Shown: positions 63,271 through 64,000 of the stretch, piece after piece
Numbering within the stretch: the stretch's first letter is position 1
Layout of the letters: each line of letters begins with the position of its first letter
Origin: Callorhinchus milii
Lineage: Eukaryota
Assembly (NCBI RefSeq): GCF_018977255.1
Contig: NW_024704743.1
Span: 109,742,001 to 109,806,000, forward strand
Length of the DNA: 64,000 bases
Direction of reading: 5' to 3'
Translations under genes and position numbers: made by a program
Notes under the pieces: model-generated
What the model saw: only the letters and a program-made list of their open reading frames with translations
Told to the model about the DNA's origin: nothing
Database searches by the model: none

Positions 63271-64000
63271 GAATCACTGCAACTTACTGCGCAGAAGGAG
63301 GTCATTCAGCCCATTTTGCGTTACAAACTCTGATGTTAACGTAACTTAAACAATCATGAAAAGAGACGCTTTATATTTTATTCTATCTGGCTCTCTGAAA
63401 GTGCTCTCCATCCTGCGTCCCACTTCCCTGTCTTTTCCTCCTTGTCGCCCTTTTACATAGAATTTCTTTTTTTTTCCTGTTTCTATTCCAATTTCATCTG
63501 AAGGGAAAAAAAATCAGAAAGCTGTCTTCAGTAACAACGATAATAATAATCATCCTTGCTCTTCATATAGCACAATATTTAGCAACTGTAATGACTGTGT
63601 ATGTTATAGGCCAACACGACAGCTAAATTGCACAGCAATGTCCCACAAATAGATATGAAGCGAACAACCAATTATTTCTGGAGTTTGTCGGGCCAGACAC
63701 TGGAAGAAACCCTTCTCCTTCTCAAATAGTGTATGAGGTCCTCAACATCCACCAGAACAGGGAGACATCAACAATGATTTGCACATGTACAATGCCTTTC
63801 ATGTTGTGCGAATGTCTAAAAGCAATCTGTTTTGCATCTAAACAATGCTCTAAGGACAATGGGAGTTTCACCTGTTGTCCTGGCCATCAATCCTTCAGGT
63901 AAAATTGGTCTTTCACTACATGGCTATTTGTGGGATATTTGTGGGATAAAAGAGGCGCAATTAAAATTAAAAGCATCTTACAGAGATGGAGTGACAGCTG

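Noticed and set aside
1..64000. CRISPR array, rRNA, phage or operon-like systems
   Set aside because: There are no regularly spaced repeat-spacer units or dense long ORFs. The recurring sequences are dispersed SINE and LINE copies in vertebrate introns.

Overview
This window is vertebrate genomic DNA, probably from a cartilaginous fish such as a chimaera or shark. That assignment is inferred from the repeat content: DeuSINE-type tRNA-SINEs plus abundant L2 and CR1 LINEs. The only supportable gene is on the minus strand: the last seven coding exons of a syntaxin-7/12-like Qa-SNARE that best matches TSNARE1. The exons are 62198-62288, 60726-60800, 56309-56362, 45897-46085, 36099-36171, 34429-34511 and 3462-3562. 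All have GT-AG sites and consistent phases. They splice to xHSTQQETNKTISSSTKYIKQLLEIVRGSSR-REWLQLDRLKNQLSDSVQRYGQVQK-KVAEKSKAFLPSAQKGRQ-SAKNNFTEISDEDAFLGRGSSSWQTPGQPQDPAQSQDQAFLSEITEEELENVKEREEAILQIE-ADMLDVNQIIKDLAMLVHEQGDNI-DSIEANIERAASNVDAANEQLAKASQHQ-KRARKMKCCFILSGLVILTVTIIIIVVSVKQ*. The 5' part of the gene lies beyond the window end. The rest is intronic: 5'-truncated L2 and CR1 LINEs, two SINE families with a shared 3' tail, a non-autonomous hAT element, MITE-like foldbacks and simple repeats. I found no prokaryote-type system (CRISPR, operon, phage) and no convincing new gene. The most unusual observations are (1) three 78-109 bp inverted copies of nearby DNA inserted into SINE bodies, (2) two interleaved inverted-repeat pairs enclosing the transmembrane exon, and (3) a phase-compatible candidate alternative terminal exon with a hydrophobic tail. 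Repeat boundaries were read by eye and are approximate unless a TSD is given.
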